IMG/VR virus record: IMGVR_UViG_3300045988_005753
Length of the DNA: 64,000 bases
Strand: one strand, 5' to 3'
Origin: a virus
Taxonomy: Duplodnaviria; Heunggongvirae; Uroviricota; Caudoviricetes
Shown here: positions 1 to 15,951 of the stretch, in pieces
How the letters are laid out: each line of letters opens with the position of its first letter
How positions within the stretch are numbered: the first letter of the stretch is position 1
The notes under the pieces: model-generated
Told to the model about the DNA's origin: nothing
Databases searched by the model: none
What the model saw: only the letters and a program-made list of their open reading frames with translations
Position numbers and translations under genes: made by a program

Positions 1-731
1 TCCAAGCACTTTCAGAAGAAAGCAAAGAAAGACTTCAAAAGAGAATTAATGATACCTACGCAACCTTTACAGGTTTTGTAGCTGAAGCTCGTAATATCTC
101 TGAAGAAGCTGTAAAGAATACTGAGGCGAATGTTTATTCTGCTCAGGAAGCTCTTGAACTTGGTTTAATTAACTCAATCATGTCTCAAGATGATTTCTTA
201 AATTACTTACAAGGTTCTGAAGAGGCTCCTGTAAGTTTAAACGTTAACAATTCAGGTGAAGAAATGACTGAACAAGAAAAGCAAGAACTAGAAGCTTTGC
301 GTCTTCAGGTTGCTCAAATGAAAGCTAAAGAACAGGAAGCTGCTTTGTCAGATTTGACTAATAAGATTTCTGCTTCTGCTGAAGCTTTTGGATTTGATGC
401 AAAAGAAGCTGCAACGACTATTTTAGGTGCTGGTCTTGATAACCCTCTAAGTGTTCTGTTTATGAATGCTATGGAAGGTGCTAACCAGAAACTTAATGAA
501 ACTATCGCGTCCCATGCTTCTGCAATGGAAGAAAAAGAATCAGAAATTACCAAGCTGAAAGAAACTGCTGGTGCTGTTCTTGAACATTCTAACGCTATGG
601 AAGAAGTGGGTAATGACGGCGAAGCTGATTTGGTTGAAGAAGAAAAAGAACCAGCTAAGAATGCTTCCGAAGACACCGCTGAACAACGCAAACTGGCTCT
701 CCAGAATGCTCTAAAATCTCTTATCAAATAA
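1..731 (+). CDS. prohead protease (S49/SppA-like) C-terminal part fused to a scaffold-like tail; 5' end lies outside the window
   Basis: Frame 3 is open from base 3 into ORF 180..731; translation ...NVYSAQEALELGLINSI... resembles the C-terminal motif of S49 peptidases, followed by a Glu/Lys/Ala-rich region typical of scaffolding proteins. Confidence 0.45.
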   Translation, partial: QALSEESKERLQKRINDTYATFTGFVAEARNISEEAVKNTEANVYSAQEALELGLINSIMSQDDFLNYLQGSEEAPVSLNVNNSGEEMTEQEKQELEALRLQVAQMKAKEQEAALSDLTNKISASAEAFGFDAKEAATTILGAGLDNPLSVLFMNAMEGANQKLNETIASHASAMEEKESEITKLKETAGAVLEHSNAMEEVGNDGEADLVEEEKEPAKNASEDTAEQRKLALQNALKSLIK

Positions 732-742
732 GGAACACAATA

Positions 743-1120
743 ATGGCATATCAAGGTTTTACTAAGTTAGGTAACAGAGAACCTCTGAATGATATCATTC
801 TTTGGGAACAGGTTACACCAACAGGCCACTCTCGTAAAGAGTATACCCCACAGGCATCTACAGAGTATCGTGTAGGTGAAGTTCTGAAAGCAAACGGTAC
901 TAAGGTACAAGCTGGAGAAGAATCTCAAGCAGACTCTGTATGTATCGTTAATTTCTACGCAGACCTGCAACTGTCTTACCACGGTCAGTTGAAAGTTGTT
1001 GGTATTTACCGCGACGCAGAGCTAAAAGACCTGCTAACTCTTGAATCAAGCGTTGATGCTACTGAAGTCAAGAAAGCTCTGGCTGCTAAAGGTATTGATT
1101 TCGTACCAACTGGCCTGTAA
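743..1120 (+). CDS. head decoration-like protein (positional call)
   Basis: 125 aa ORF tightly packed between the protease/scaffold and the major capsid gene, matching a lambda D-before-E gene order. Confidence 0.35.
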   Translation: MAYQGFTKLGNREPLNDIILWEQVTPTGHSRKEYTPQASTEYRVGEVLKANGTKVQAGEESQADSVCIVNFYADLQLSYHGQLKVVGIYRDAELKDLLTLESSVDATEVKKALAAKGIDFVPTGL

Positions 1121-1153
1121 TAACAATAATAAGACATTCTGGAGAATTTTACA

Positions 1154-2260
1154 ATGTTGACTAATTCTGAAAAAAGCAGATTTTTCCTTGCTGACCTGAC
1201 TGGTGAAGTCCAGTCTATCCCAAATACTTATGGGTATATTTCCAACTTAGGTCTGTTCCGTTCAGCACCAATCACCCAAACTACTTTCCTTATGGACTTG
1301 ACTGATTGGGATGTTAGCTTGCTTGATGCGGTAGACCGTGATAGCCGTAAAGCAGAGACTAGCGCACCTGAGCGTGTTCGTCAAATCAGCTTCCCAATGA
1401 TGTACTTCAAAGAAGTTGAAAGCATTACTCCTGATGAAATTCAGGGTGTACGTCAGCCAGGCACTGCAAACGAACTGACTACTGAAGCTGTAGTACGTGC
1501 TAAGAAGCTGATGAAGATTCGTACCAAGTTCGATATTACTCGTGAGTTCCTGTTTATGCAAGCTCTGAAGGGTAAAGTTGTTGATGCTCGTGGTACTCTG
1601 TATGCTGACCTGTACAAGCAGTTCGACGTTGAGAAGAAGACTGTTTACTTCGACCTTGACAACCCTAATGCTGACATCGACGCTTCTATTGAAGAACTGC
1701 GTATGCACATGGAAGACGAAGCTAAGACTGGCACTGTAATCAACGGTGAAGAAATTCACGTAGTTGTTGACCGCTTATTCTTCAGCAAACTGGTTAAACA
1801 CCCTAAGATTCGTGACGCTTATCTTGCACAGCAGACTCCGCTGGCTTGGCAACAGATTACTGGTTCTCTGAGAACTGGTGGTACTGACGGCGTTCAGGCT
1901 CACATGAACACTTTCTACTACGGTGGTGTTAAGTTTGTCCAGTACAACGGTAAGTTCAAAGACAAGCGTGGTAAGGTTCACACTCTGGTGAGCATTGATA
2001 GTGTAGCAGCAACTGTTGGTGTAGGTCATGCTTTCCCTAACGTTTCTATGCTGGGTGAAGCTAACAACATCTTCGAAGTGGCATATGGTCCATGCCCTAA
2101 GATGGGTTATGCAAATACACTTGGTCAGGAACTGTACGTATTCGAATACGAAAAAGACCGTGACGAAGGTATTGACTTTGAAGCTCACTCTTACATGCTG
2201 CCATACTGCACACGTCCTCAGTTGCTGGTAGACGTTCGTTCTGACGCTAAACCAGACTAA
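1154..2260 (+). CDS. major capsid protein
   Basis: 368 aa ORF directly after the protease/scaffold and decoration-like genes; size and position typical of a major capsid protein. Confidence 0.55.
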   Translation: MLTNSEKSRFFLADLTGEVQSIPNTYGYISNLGLFRSAPITQTTFLMDLTDWDVSLLDAVDRDSRKAETSAPERVRQISFPMMYFKEVESITPDEIQGVRQPGTANELTTEAVVRAKKLMKIRTKFDITREFLFMQALKGKVVDARGTLYADLYKQFDVEKKTVYFDLDNPNADIDASIEELRMHMEDEAKTGTVINGEEIHVVVDRLFFSKLVKHPKIRDAYLAQQTPLAWQQITGSLRTGGTDGVQAHMNTFYYGGVKFVQYNGKFKDKRGKVHTLVSIDSVAATVGVGHAFPNVSMLGEANNIFEVAYGPCPKMGYANTLGQELYVFEYEKDRDEGIDFEAHSYMLPYCTRPQLLVDVRSDAKPD

Positions 2261-2281
2261 TATTCTTAAGGAGGGTTATGA

Positions 2282-2731
2282 ATGTGCTATACAGGCGACC
2301 CAGCCAATAACCCTCTTGATAGAGTAAGAATCCTCTGCACAGACACCAATAATGATGAAATTCTTATTGAGCAGTCTGTGCTAGAGTGGTTCTATCTAGA
2401 ATCTGGAAAGGATGAAAAGAAAGCAGCCATCAAAGCTCTTAAATATTTACTCTTTCAAGTAGCCAAGATGGGAGATGAGAAGGTTGGTGGTGTTTATTTA
2501 CGTAACTCTTCCAGATTCAAATCTCTGAAAGCTGTTTATGACGACCTTGTTAAAAGCTCTGTTTCAGGACTACCCTATGCAGGTGGTATTAATCAGTGCG
2601 ACATTGATATGCGTCGTCAAAATCCTTGCTCTGTCAAGAAATACACAGAATATGGTGATGCTGCCAGATACGAAGGCAGAGATTACTGCAACCGTGTTAA
2701 TGGCGTATTTATTATCGAGCGAGATGAATAA
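2282..2731 (+). CDS. hypothetical head-tail joining protein
   Basis: 149 aa ORF in the tightly packed late operon between capsid and tail genes. Confidence 0.4.
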   Translation: MCYTGDPANNPLDRVRILCTDTNNDEILIEQSVLEWFYLESGKDEKKAAIKALKYLLFQVAKMGDEKVGGVYLRNSSRFKSLKAVYDDLVKSSVSGLPYAGGINQCDIDMRRQNPCSVKKYTEYGDAARYEGRDYCNRVNGVFIIERDE

Positions 2732-3213
2732 TGGTTAAAAGGGTTATTCACCCCGCTAGAGCAAAATTAGTCGGGGCTATGAAGAACTTGCAAACGGCTA
2801 ATGCTCAAGTTGGGTATTTTCAAGAACAAGGTCAACATAGCTCTGGTTTTTCTTATCCTGCTTTAATGTATTTACAAGAAGTTATTGGGGTTCCTTCAGC
2901 TTCTGGTAAAGTATATCGTAGGTTGTTTGAAATCACTATGATGCTAAACAAACAGACCTTGTTAGAGCAGACTAAGAAGAATCTATATAAGCAACTTAGC
3001 AGTCTCAACACAGACCCTTCAAATACCTTAGAAGCATTTGCAAAGAATGCTCAAAAGGCAATTAAAAGAGGTTTTGGTAATTCTGCTATCCTCCCTCCTA
3101 ACGCACCTTCCACAGTCAAGAAAAAAGGCTTTAATGCACCTCTTGTTGAGACAGGTGACTTAAGAGATAACCTTGCTTATAAAATTTCTACTAAGAAGGG
3201 TATTAAGAAATGA
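2731..3213 (+). CDS. hypothetical head completion / head-tail joining protein
   Basis: 160 aa ORF; its start overlaps the upstream stop (ATGA-type coupling). Confidence 0.4.
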   Translation: MVKRVIHPARAKLVGAMKNLQTANAQVGYFQEQGQHSSGFSYPALMYLQEVIGVPSASGKVYRRLFEITMMLNKQTLLEQTKKNLYKQLSSLNTDPSNTLEAFAKNAQKAIKRGFGNSAILPPNAPSTVKKKGFNAPLVETGDLRDNLAYKISTKKGIKK

Positions 3214-3611
3214 GACTCTTAAACAGACACAGCTTTGTAGTAAAGCGTAAAGTCTCTGAAGACGGTTATTACAATGATGATGGTGATTGGGTAGCTTCAC
3301 AAGATATTGTAGAGGTTAACTGTAAAGGTAATATCCAGCCATATATCAAAGGTTCTGTAAAGAATGGTACACAGATTGCTTTACCGGAAGGTATCAGGCT
3401 TACCGATACAAGAATCCTGTATACTACATATAAACTTAGAACTTCAGATGATGTAGAGTGGAATGAGTCTGACATTGTTATGATTGATGGTCATGAGTAT
3501 GAAGTATTTATGACTATGGATTGGTCACAGCAATTAGCCCATACGTCCCATTATGAATATATCATTATTAGAAGGGATAAAATGAATGCAGTTAGAAACA
3601 GCAGAACTTGA
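3210..3611 (+). CDS. hypothetical head-tail joining protein
   Basis: 133 aa ORF, 4-nt overlap with the upstream gene. Confidence 0.4.
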   Translation: MRLLNRHSFVVKRKVSEDGYYNDDGDWVASQDIVEVNCKGNIQPYIKGSVKNGTQIALPEGIRLTDTRILYTTYKLRTSDDVEWNESDIVMIDGHEYEVFMTMDWSQQLAHTSHYEYIIIRRDKMNAVRNSRT

Positions 3612-4185
3612 AAAAGGTCTAGTTAGAACCTTAGTGGATGTTATTGGTCACAGACTAGCTCGTGATAAAAATAATAGACCAAACGTAATTAGAGCTTACC
3701 CTTCTGATAACTCAAATGACAAAGGTTTAAAACCTGACCAGCCATTTATTACCGTATATTGTCAAGATGCTGCAACACCTTATGGTTGGGTTCTTGATAA
3801 GTTTGTTGAGGATGATGTAGTTTGCTACAGAATTGCTTTTCAGATTCCTGTACTAATTACGGTGAATGGTAAAGGTGCTCACAGCATCATGCTTGAGCTT
3901 AAACAACGATTAGAGATGAGTTCAGTCAGAGATTTAATTCTTGAAGAGACAGGAGCTACAGTTCTAGACACTGGAGCTATTCCAAATGACTACACTTATC
4001 TTAATACAGATTTCGAAAATTCTGCACCTCTTGTTGTAACTCTTGTAAAAAATTCGGTCCTGAAAGATGAACGTGGAAGTATTATCGAACGTGTTATTGT
4101 GGATGGTGAATTAGTTTACGAAGAAGGACAAGAGCCACCAGAATATACTATCCATCTAGATGTAGACTCCAAAGGGGTAAAATAA
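3586..4185 (+). CDS. hypothetical tail completion protein
   Basis: 199 aa ORF immediately upstream of the sheath gene. Confidence 0.4.
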   Translation: MQLETAELEKGLVRTLVDVIGHRLARDKNNRPNVIRAYPSDNSNDKGLKPDQPFITVYCQDAATPYGWVLDKFVEDDVVCYRIAFQIPVLITVNGKGAHSIMLELKQRLEMSSVRDLILEETGATVLDTGAIPNDYTYLNTDFENSAPLVVTLVKNSVLKDERGSIIERVIVDGELVYEEGQEPPEYTIHLDVDSKGVK

Positions 4186-5538
4186 ATGTGGAATCCAATT
4201 GTTAATGTAGATATTACATTGAACACCGCAGGAACTACAAGAGAAGGTTTTGGGCTGCCACTATTTTTAGCTTCAACAGATAATTTTGAAGAAAGAGTGC
4301 GTGGTTACACTTCCTTAACTGAAGTTGCTGAAGATTTCGATGAGAACTCTGCTGCATATAAAGCTGCTAAACAACTTTGGAGTCAGACTCCTAAAGTAAC
4401 TCAGCTTTATATTGGTAGACGTGCTATGCAGTATACTGTATCAATTCCTGATGAAGTTTCTGAAAGCACAGATTATTCTCTAACTGTAGCTGTTAGTGGT
4501 GGAGTTTCTCAGCCATTCCAGTACACTGCACAGTCAGAAGATACTGCTGAGAAAGTACTACAGCAGTTTAAAACACAGATTGAAGCAGAGCCTTCTGTTA
4601 AAGACCTTGTTACAGTTAATGTAACTGGTTCTGGCGGTTCAGCAACAATGGTAATTACCAAAGCTGGTGATAATGACTTCGTGAAGGTGACTTCTACAGC
4701 ACAAACAGTATCAATTGCAAGTACTACTGCTGACACAGCATCGACTGCTCTGGCAGCTATTGAAGCTTATTCAACTGACTGGTATTTCATTGCAGCAGAA
4801 GACAGAACTCAACAGTTTGTCTTAGCAATGGCTTCTGAGATTCAAGCTCGCAAGAAGATTTTCTTTACAGCTAACTCCGATGTAACAGCCCTACAAGGCA
4901 CAGAATTAGCTAGTGCAAACGATGTTCCAGCACAGCTTGCTAAGAGTCAGTACACTCGTACCGTTTGCTTGTGGCATCACACAGCAGCAGAAGACTATCC
5001 AGAAATGGCATACATCGCTTATGGTGCTCCGTATGATGCAGGTTCAATTGCTTGGGGTAATGCACAGTTAACTGGTGTAGCTGCTTCTCTACAGCCATCT
5101 AATCAGAGACCTCTGACAAGTATTCAGAAGTCAGCTTTAGATGCACGTCACTGTAACTTTATTGACCTTGATGGTGGTGTTCCAGTGGTTCGTAGAGGGA
5201 TTACTTCTGGTGGGGAATGGATTGATATCATCCGTGGTGTTGACTGGTTAGAATCAGACCTGAAAACTTCTCTGAGAGACTTGCTAATTAACCAGAAGGG
5301 TGGTAAGATTACTTATGATGATACTGGTATTACCCGTATTCGTCAAGTCATTGAAACCTCTCTGCAAAGAGCAGTCAACAGAAACTTCCTGTCATCTTAC
5401 ACAGTTAATGTTCCTAAAGCCTCTCAAGTTGCTTTGGCAGACAAGAAAGCTCGTATCCTGAAAGACGTTACCTTCTCAGGTATCTTAGCAGGGGCTATCT
5501 TGGATGTTGACTTGAAAGGTACAGTGGCTTACGAATAA
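4186..5538 (+). CDS. tail sheath protein
   Basis: 450 aa ORF followed by a tube-sized ORF, two chaperone ORFs and the tape measure gene, the canonical contractile-tail order. Confidence 0.55.
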   Translation: MWNPIVNVDITLNTAGTTREGFGLPLFLASTDNFEERVRGYTSLTEVAEDFDENSAAYKAAKQLWSQTPKVTQLYIGRRAMQYTVSIPDEVSESTDYSLTVAVSGGVSQPFQYTAQSEDTAEKVLQQFKTQIEAEPSVKDLVTVNVTGSGGSATMVITKAGDNDFVKVTSTAQTVSIASTTADTASTALAAIEAYSTDWYFIAAEDRTQQFVLAMASEIQARKKIFFTANSDVTALQGTELASANDVPAQLAKSQYTRTVCLWHHTAAEDYPEMAYIAYGAPYDAGSIAWGNAQLTGVAASLQPSNQRPLTSIQKSALDARHCNFIDLDGGVPVVRRGITSGGEWIDIIRGVDWLESDLKTSLRDLLINQKGGKITYDDTGITRIRQVIETSLQRAVNRNFLSSYTVNVPKASQVALADKKARILKDVTFSGILAGAILDVDLKGTVAYE

Positions 5539-5553
5539 TAGAGGTAAATTGGA

Positions 5554-6000
5554 ATGACTATGTATCAGCAATATTCCCCTAAAGACGTTGTGTGTAGCTG
5601 GAATGGTATTGCCATTGAAGGCTTTGCCCCAGACTCATTCTTACGTCTACAGAGAACATCACCACTTGTGACACCAGTTGTAGGTGCAGGTGGTCAAGTT
5701 GCTCTGACAAGAAATGCAGACAAGACAGGTACTATTGAGATTGAGCTAATGCAGACTTCTCTCTCTAACCAGATGCTTTCTGCAATTCAAGCTAAACAAG
5801 ACAATATGGAACTTGAAGAAGATATCTCTTCTAACTTCGTAATCTACGACCCATCAGGCTCTGTTCTGGCAACTGGTATTAATGCTTGGTTGCAGGAATT
5901 ACCGCAGATTGAACTTGGTCGTGACCAGAACTCTAAAACTTGGATTTTTGGTTGTGAGAAGCTAGACTACACTTCTACAATTCCAGCGTCAAGTGTTTAA
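5554..6000 (+). CDS. tail tube protein
   Basis: 148 aa ORF between the sheath gene and a strong terminator; position and size. Confidence 0.5.
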   Translation: MTMYQQYSPKDVVCSWNGIAIEGFAPDSFLRLQRTSPLVTPVVGAGGQVALTRNADKTGTIEIELMQTSLSNQMLSAIQAKQDNMELEEDISSNFVIYDPSGSVLATGINAWLQELPQIELGRDQNSKTWIFGCEKLDYTSTIPASSV

Positions 6001-6012
6001 TAAATCCTATAA

Positions 6013-6044
6013 GGGGGAGACTTTAAAAGGTCTTCCCCTTTTTT
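6013..6044 (+). terminator. rho-independent terminator after the sheath/tube genes
   Basis: GGGGGAGAC (6013-6021) pairs with GTCTTCCCC (6030-6038) with one G-U wobble, 8-nt loop, then a run of six T. Confidence 0.6.
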
Positions 6045-6073
6045 GTTTCTTTTAAAAGTATTAAGGAATCACA

Positions 6074-6472
6074 ATGAAAACAGAATCTAGAGTAATTAAT
6101 GGTAAGAAAGTAAATATTGTTCTGCTTGGGGCAAGAGATGGTATTAAGATGTCTATGAAGTTGGGTAAAATTGTTGTTCCAACCTTTGCACAGATGCTGT
6201 CAAGTCTGACTGATAAAGACAAGAAAGAAGCTCCAATGGTTCCATTTAAAGAACTTGTTGAAGCTTGTTTTGACAGAATTGAAGAAATTAACCTTGAAGA
6301 AATAGCTACATTACTATTTCAAGGGGCAACTGTCGATGACTTCCCACTTAATATTGATACGTACTTCCAAGCAAACTACGGTGAGTTTATTGATTACTTA
6401 GCATTTGCGCTGGAGGCAAACTTCGGAAGTTTTTTCGAAGCAAGCATTTTCAAAAGCCTAACTTCTCAGTAA
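6074..6472 (+). CDS. tail assembly chaperone (upstream ORF)
   Basis: 132 aa ORF immediately upstream of the tape measure gene; contains an in-frame slippery heptamer near its 3' end. Confidence 0.5.
   Translation: MKTESRVINGKKVNIVLLGARDGIKMSMKLGKIVVPTFAQMLSSLTDKDKKEAPMVPFKELVEACFDRIEEINLEEIATLLFQGATVDDFPLNIDTYFQANYGEFIDYLAFALEANFGSFFEASIFKSLTSQ
6430..6436 (+). other. candidate -1 programmed ribosomal frameshift site T_TTT_TTC
   Basis: X_XXY_YYZ heptamer in the zero frame of 6074..6472 (codons TTT at 6431 and TTC at 6434); the -1 frame is open from 6358 through ORF 6475..6714. Confidence 0.4.
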
Positions 6473-6474
6473 AC

Positions 6475-6713
6475 ATGGGTAACACTCTACAGACACCACT
6501 AACTGATGCTGCTGTAGAGGCAACCTATGAAGAAGCAGACGAGATGAAATTTGTGCTTGCTATTTATGGTATGGAAGGGTGTAAAGAAACACTTGACCAA
6601 CTCTTTGCTATGACATTCTCTGATTTATTATCATTGAGACAATTTCTTGAGATTCAGAGGTCGTATAAAGAGGAAATTGCTTACAACGAACTTAGAAGAG
6701 CAGGAAAAATGTA

Positions 6714-6714
<1 letters not shown>
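6475..6714 (+). CDS. tail assembly chaperone extension, probably expressed as a frameshift fusion
   Basis: 79 aa ORF in the -1 frame relative to 6074..6472; its TAA overlaps the ATG of the tape measure gene. Confidence 0.4.
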
Positions 6715-12098
<5,384 letters not shown>

Positions 12099-12099
<1 letters not shown>

Positions 12100-13568
12100 T
12101 GGCAGGATTAACTACAACAGGATTACAAACTCTAAGATATCAGGAAATTTTTGATAATATCAAATCAAGACTTCTTAGAGATATTTCACCAAACCTTGAC
12201 GTTTCTGAAGATAGCCAATTAGGTCTCTTCCTAGCTTCAATTGCAAGGTCTTTAGCAGATACACATGAGATTCTATCAGAAATCTATGACGGCGGGACAA
12301 TTGACAAGGCTGAAGGATTTAACCTTGATGATATTACAGCTTTGAATGCTGTATACAGATATGTTGCTCAGGCAACAAGGGGTCAGGTTGAGTTCACTGG
12401 AACAACTGGTGCTACCATCTCTTCAACAACAAGATTGAGAAGTACTGCTGGAAATATCTTTTATCCAGTTAACAATATTACCCTCACCCCATCATATTGT
12501 GTTGAAGCTGTTCTTGAAGTTAACTCTTTACGAACTGATGCAGATTATGTTATTATTATTGATAACGTTATTTTCTCATATAAACCAACCTCATCAGACA
12601 CAATCACCACACTACTAACTAAATTAGCAGAGGTTATTAATGGTGGTATTGTAGCAAAAGCAGAAGTTATCAATGATGGAGCCTCATTAAGAATCTATAA
12701 AGACGAGGGTGATATCATTGCAAGAACAAACCCTATGGTTGTTACTGCGACAACGTTTCTGACCTTTACAAAGATTACAACTATCTCAGATGTAGTGGCT
12801 GAAGAGGTTGGTGCTATTCCTGCTTTAGCTGGGACTCTTATTGAGATTGAGACAACTGTTGATGGTCTTGACAGCATCTATAACAGGTATGACTTAACAA
12901 CTGGTAGAAACGAAGAAACTGACACAGAACTTAGACAGAGATATTTAGAATCCTTAGCAGTTACTGGTGTAGGGACTTTGGATGCAATTGTAGCTGCTGT
13001 TAAAAGGGTTCAAGGTGTCTCAGATGCTTCAGGTGTTGAAAATGATACTGAAGAGACGAACTCAGAAGGTCTTCCACCAAAATCTTTTAAGATTGTCGTA
13101 GTCGGTGGTCAAAATGATAATGTTGCTCAAGCAATCTGGGATACAAAACCTGCTGGTATTAGAGCTTACGGCTCAATTTTTGGTACAGCCCATGATTTAG
13201 GTGGCTTAGCACATAATATTTACTTTAGCAGACCAACACCAAAATACGCATTTGTTAAAGTATCTTACTCATTATATGACGAAGAAAGCTTGACAATCCC
13301 TGAAGAGGATATCAGAGACAGTATTGTACAAGGTATTAATGCCTACGGAAGAACTCTTAAGGTTGGTAATGACGTTATCCCTAACAGAATCTACGGATAT
13401 ATCTATGATGTAATTAAAGGTATTGAGATTAATGAGGTGAAAGTAGCATTATCAAACAGCCAATCAGTTCCACCTAGTGACGGACAATATACTACAGCAA
13501 GAATTACTGTTGACGGTGACCAATATACTGTTTGGGAAAGTAGCCAGTATACCATCACTAAGGAGTAA
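12099..13568 (+). CDS. baseplate J-like protein
   Basis: 489 aa ORF following a gpW-sized gene and preceding fibre genes. Confidence 0.45.
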
Positions 13569-13570
13569 TA

Positions 13571-14425
13571 ATGTTTGAAAAGATTGATAGTGTTTATTAT
13601 AAAACACTTGATGAAAGGACTGTAACACAGTTTAAAGATAAATTTATCTATACAAGTATCTTGAAAGCAATCACTGATGAGCTACAAACATTAGAGGATG
13701 TTTGCTGGCAGATGCACACAGAGAGAAATATCAGGACGTCAGTAGGCCAACAACTTGATAATATTGGCTCACTGATTAAAGTTCCTAGACCTTTAGGTGC
13801 AGATGATGAAACATATAGAGCTATGCTTTATATCCAAATCTTCCTAAGACGTTCTGACACTACTCCAACATTCTTGCAAAAAGCAATTATGACATTGTAT
13901 GGTGCAACTTTCTCTCAGATTTTTGAGCATATTACTCCTAAGACTGGTGGTATCGTTATCCGTATTAACACCAGAAAAAGCGTTCTAGATGCTGCATATA
14001 CGCTGTCAAAGATTTCTGCAACAACTACTGGCTCCGCTGTTATCTTAAGAGATGTTACTTTAAATGGGACTGCTTGGACACCTGTAGAGGTTGCTGATTC
14101 ATCACTTGCTATTGTTGATGATAAAGAGAACTGGTTTGTAACTGATGCTAACAGAGGTCTTGTCACAAATAATACTGGTGGCTCTCTGGAGTCCAACTTA
14201 GTAGGTAGCCTTGCAGATGCTGGTGTTATTGATGGTTACTTTAAGGTTGACAGAGCAGCAAACTCACAGAGTGATGATTATATGACTGTAGATAGGTCCA
14301 ATAATAGTGGCTATTTCATCGTTGGTAAAGAAGCTATTGCAGATGGTGCATATGGAATCATGGCTGAGGTTGCACAAATTGTCAAAGGCAGAAAAGATAA
14401 ATCACAACAAGAAGGAAATTCTTAA
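13571..14425 (+). CDS. baseplate / tail fibre attachment protein
   Basis: 284 aa ORF after the J-like gene. Confidence 0.35.
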   Translation: MFEKIDSVYYKTLDERTVTQFKDKFIYTSILKAITDELQTLEDVCWQMHTERNIRTSVGQQLDNIGSLIKVPRPLGADDETYRAMLYIQIFLRRSDTTPTFLQKAIMTLYGATFSQIFEHITPKTGGIVIRINTRKSVLDAAYTLSKISATTTGSAVILRDVTLNGTAWTPVEVADSSLAIVDDKENWFVTDANRGLVTNNTGGSLESNLVGSLADAGVIDGYFKVDRAANSQSDDYMTVDRSNNSGYFIVGKEAIADGAYGIMAEVAQIVKGRKDKSQQEGNS

Positions 14426-14727
14426 TGGCAGTTTTAAATTGGTCTACAAATGAAGTAGATACTGATGGTAATCAGTTAAAAGTTTTACCACCACCGGAAG
14501 TTCAAGAGACAGGTCTTTTAAAGGGTGAGCCTATGGGTAGACAGTGGTTCAACTATATTATCAACTACCTGCTGAATAAAGTAAATGGCACTGTTGGTGA
14601 AGTTCGTTCATATGCAACTGAGCAACCAGATTTAGTAGCTAATGGCTGGAATCTCATTAAGTCTGAGACAGGGACTGCATCAACAAGTACAAGAAACCTT
14701 TACACATATGAATATGTAGGAGCTTAA
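14425..14727 (+). CDS. hypothetical tail protein
   Basis: 100 aa ORF, start overlaps upstream stop. Confidence 0.35.
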   Translation: MAVLNWSTNEVDTDGNQLKVLPPPEVQETGLLKGEPMGRQWFNYIINYLLNKVNGTVGEVRSYATEQPDLVANGWNLIKSETGTASTSTRNLYTYEYVGA

Positions 14728-14729
14728 TA

Positions 14730-15905
14730 ATGGCAGTAGGTGAAATTCAAATTAGTGCCTTGCCACAAGCGGCCTTACCAATTGATTTGAGTGATATCTT
14801 CCATCTTAAGCAAGGTGTTGAGGATAAAAGATGTACGCTTGAACAGTTGTTAGCACCTCACGCATCTTTGAGGAATAACCCTCATGGTGTAACGAAATCG
14901 CAAGTAGGTCTTGATAATGTTATTAACTCTCTTCAATTAGTTGCAGCTAATAACTTGTCAGACATTGTAAATGTTGCTGAGGCAAGAGCAAATCTACAAA
15001 TTATGTCGTCAGAGGAAGTGAATAACTTAATTCAGCAACATATTGACGACAAAAGTAACCCACATAACACAACGAAAGCACAGGTCGGTTTAAGTAATGT
15101 TCAGAACTGGACAACATCTAATCTGTACAATGAAGATGCTGATAAGTACGCTACCGCGAAAGCAGTTAATAATTTATACAAAGCTATCCAAGCATCATAT
15201 CCAGTGGGGACTATTCATCTGTCTGTTAACTCTGCTAACCCATCCACTTACTTGCTTTGTGGAGGTACTTGGGAGTTAGTTTCTAAAGGTAGAGCACTAG
15301 TTGGTTATGATACAGATTCCAGACCTGTTGGTTCAACGTTTGGTTCTCAGACTGTAGCATTAACAAATAATAATTTACCAGCACATACTCACTCTATCTA
15401 TCTAACAGGTGGTGGTCATACACACTCTGCAAGTGTATCTATCTCTAGTTTTGATTATGGTTCAAAAAGTACATCAACTTTTGATTACGGTACAAAAACG
15501 ACTAATAGTGCTGGTGCTCACACTCACACGTTTAGTGGCACAACAAGTAATGCTGGTAACCACAACCATAGAGTTCCTATGAGGGGTAATGATAGGGGTG
15601 GCACAAACGCTATTACTGCATCTGCTGATGCTGGTGTTGGTAATGCTATGTATACTGATTTAGCTGGTGCTCACACCCATAGCTTCTCAGGTACAACTGC
15701 ATCATCTGGTGCTCATAGCCATACTGTCGCAATTGGTGCTCACAGCCACACTGTTAATATTGGTTCGCACAGTCATACAGGCACTGTTACTGTTTCTAGC
15801 TCTGAGCATACACACTCAGGGACATCTGGTTCTGTTGGTGGTGGTCAAGCTTTCAGTGTTGAGCAGCCATCTTTTGTAGTGTATGTGTGGCAGAGAACAG
15901 CTTAA
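14730..15905 (+). CDS. tail fibre protein with His-X-His boxes
   Basis: N-terminal duplicated motif NPHGVTKSQVGLDNV / NPHNTTKAQVGLSNV (phage tail-fibre repeat type); C-terminal HTHS, NHNH and GAHSHTV repeats; ends ...WQRTA like the next gene. Confidence 0.6.
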   Translation: MAVGEIQISALPQAALPIDLSDIFHLKQGVEDKRCTLEQLLAPHASLRNNPHGVTKSQVGLDNVINSLQLVAANNLSDIVNVAEARANLQIMSSEEVNNLIQQHIDDKSNPHNTTKAQVGLSNVQNWTTSNLYNEDADKYATAKAVNNLYKAIQASYPVGTIHLSVNSANPSTYLLCGGTWELVSKGRALVGYDTDSRPVGSTFGSQTVALTNNNLPAHTHSIYLTGGGHTHSASVSISSFDYGSKSTSTFDYGTKTTNSAGAHTHTFSGTTSNAGNHNHRVPMRGNDRGGTNAITASADAGVGNAMYTDLAGAHTHSFSGTTASSGAHSHTVAIGAHSHTVNIGSHSHTGTVTVSSSEHTHSGTSGSVGGGQAFSVEQPSFVVYVWQRTA

Positions 15906-15915
15906 TTTCTTTACA

Positions 15916-15935
15916 GGGGCTTTATAGCCCCTTTT
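15916..15935 (+). terminator. rho-independent terminator between the two fibre genes
   Basis: GGGGCT (15916-15921), loop TTAT, AGCCCC (15926-15931), then TTTT. Confidence 0.5.
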
Positions 15936-15951
15936 AAGAGGAAAATTCATA

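Noticed and set aside
314-754. Antisense ORF (146 aa) inside the protease/scaffold gene; similar antisense ORFs at 1262..1759, 1775..2188, 27956..28360, 28415..28804 and 49578..50105
   Set aside because: They lie entirely within, and opposite to, long ORFs that carry recognisable motifs or fit a tight operon; they have low-complexity Ser/Cys/Leu-rich translations and no start-site context. Treated as chance frames.
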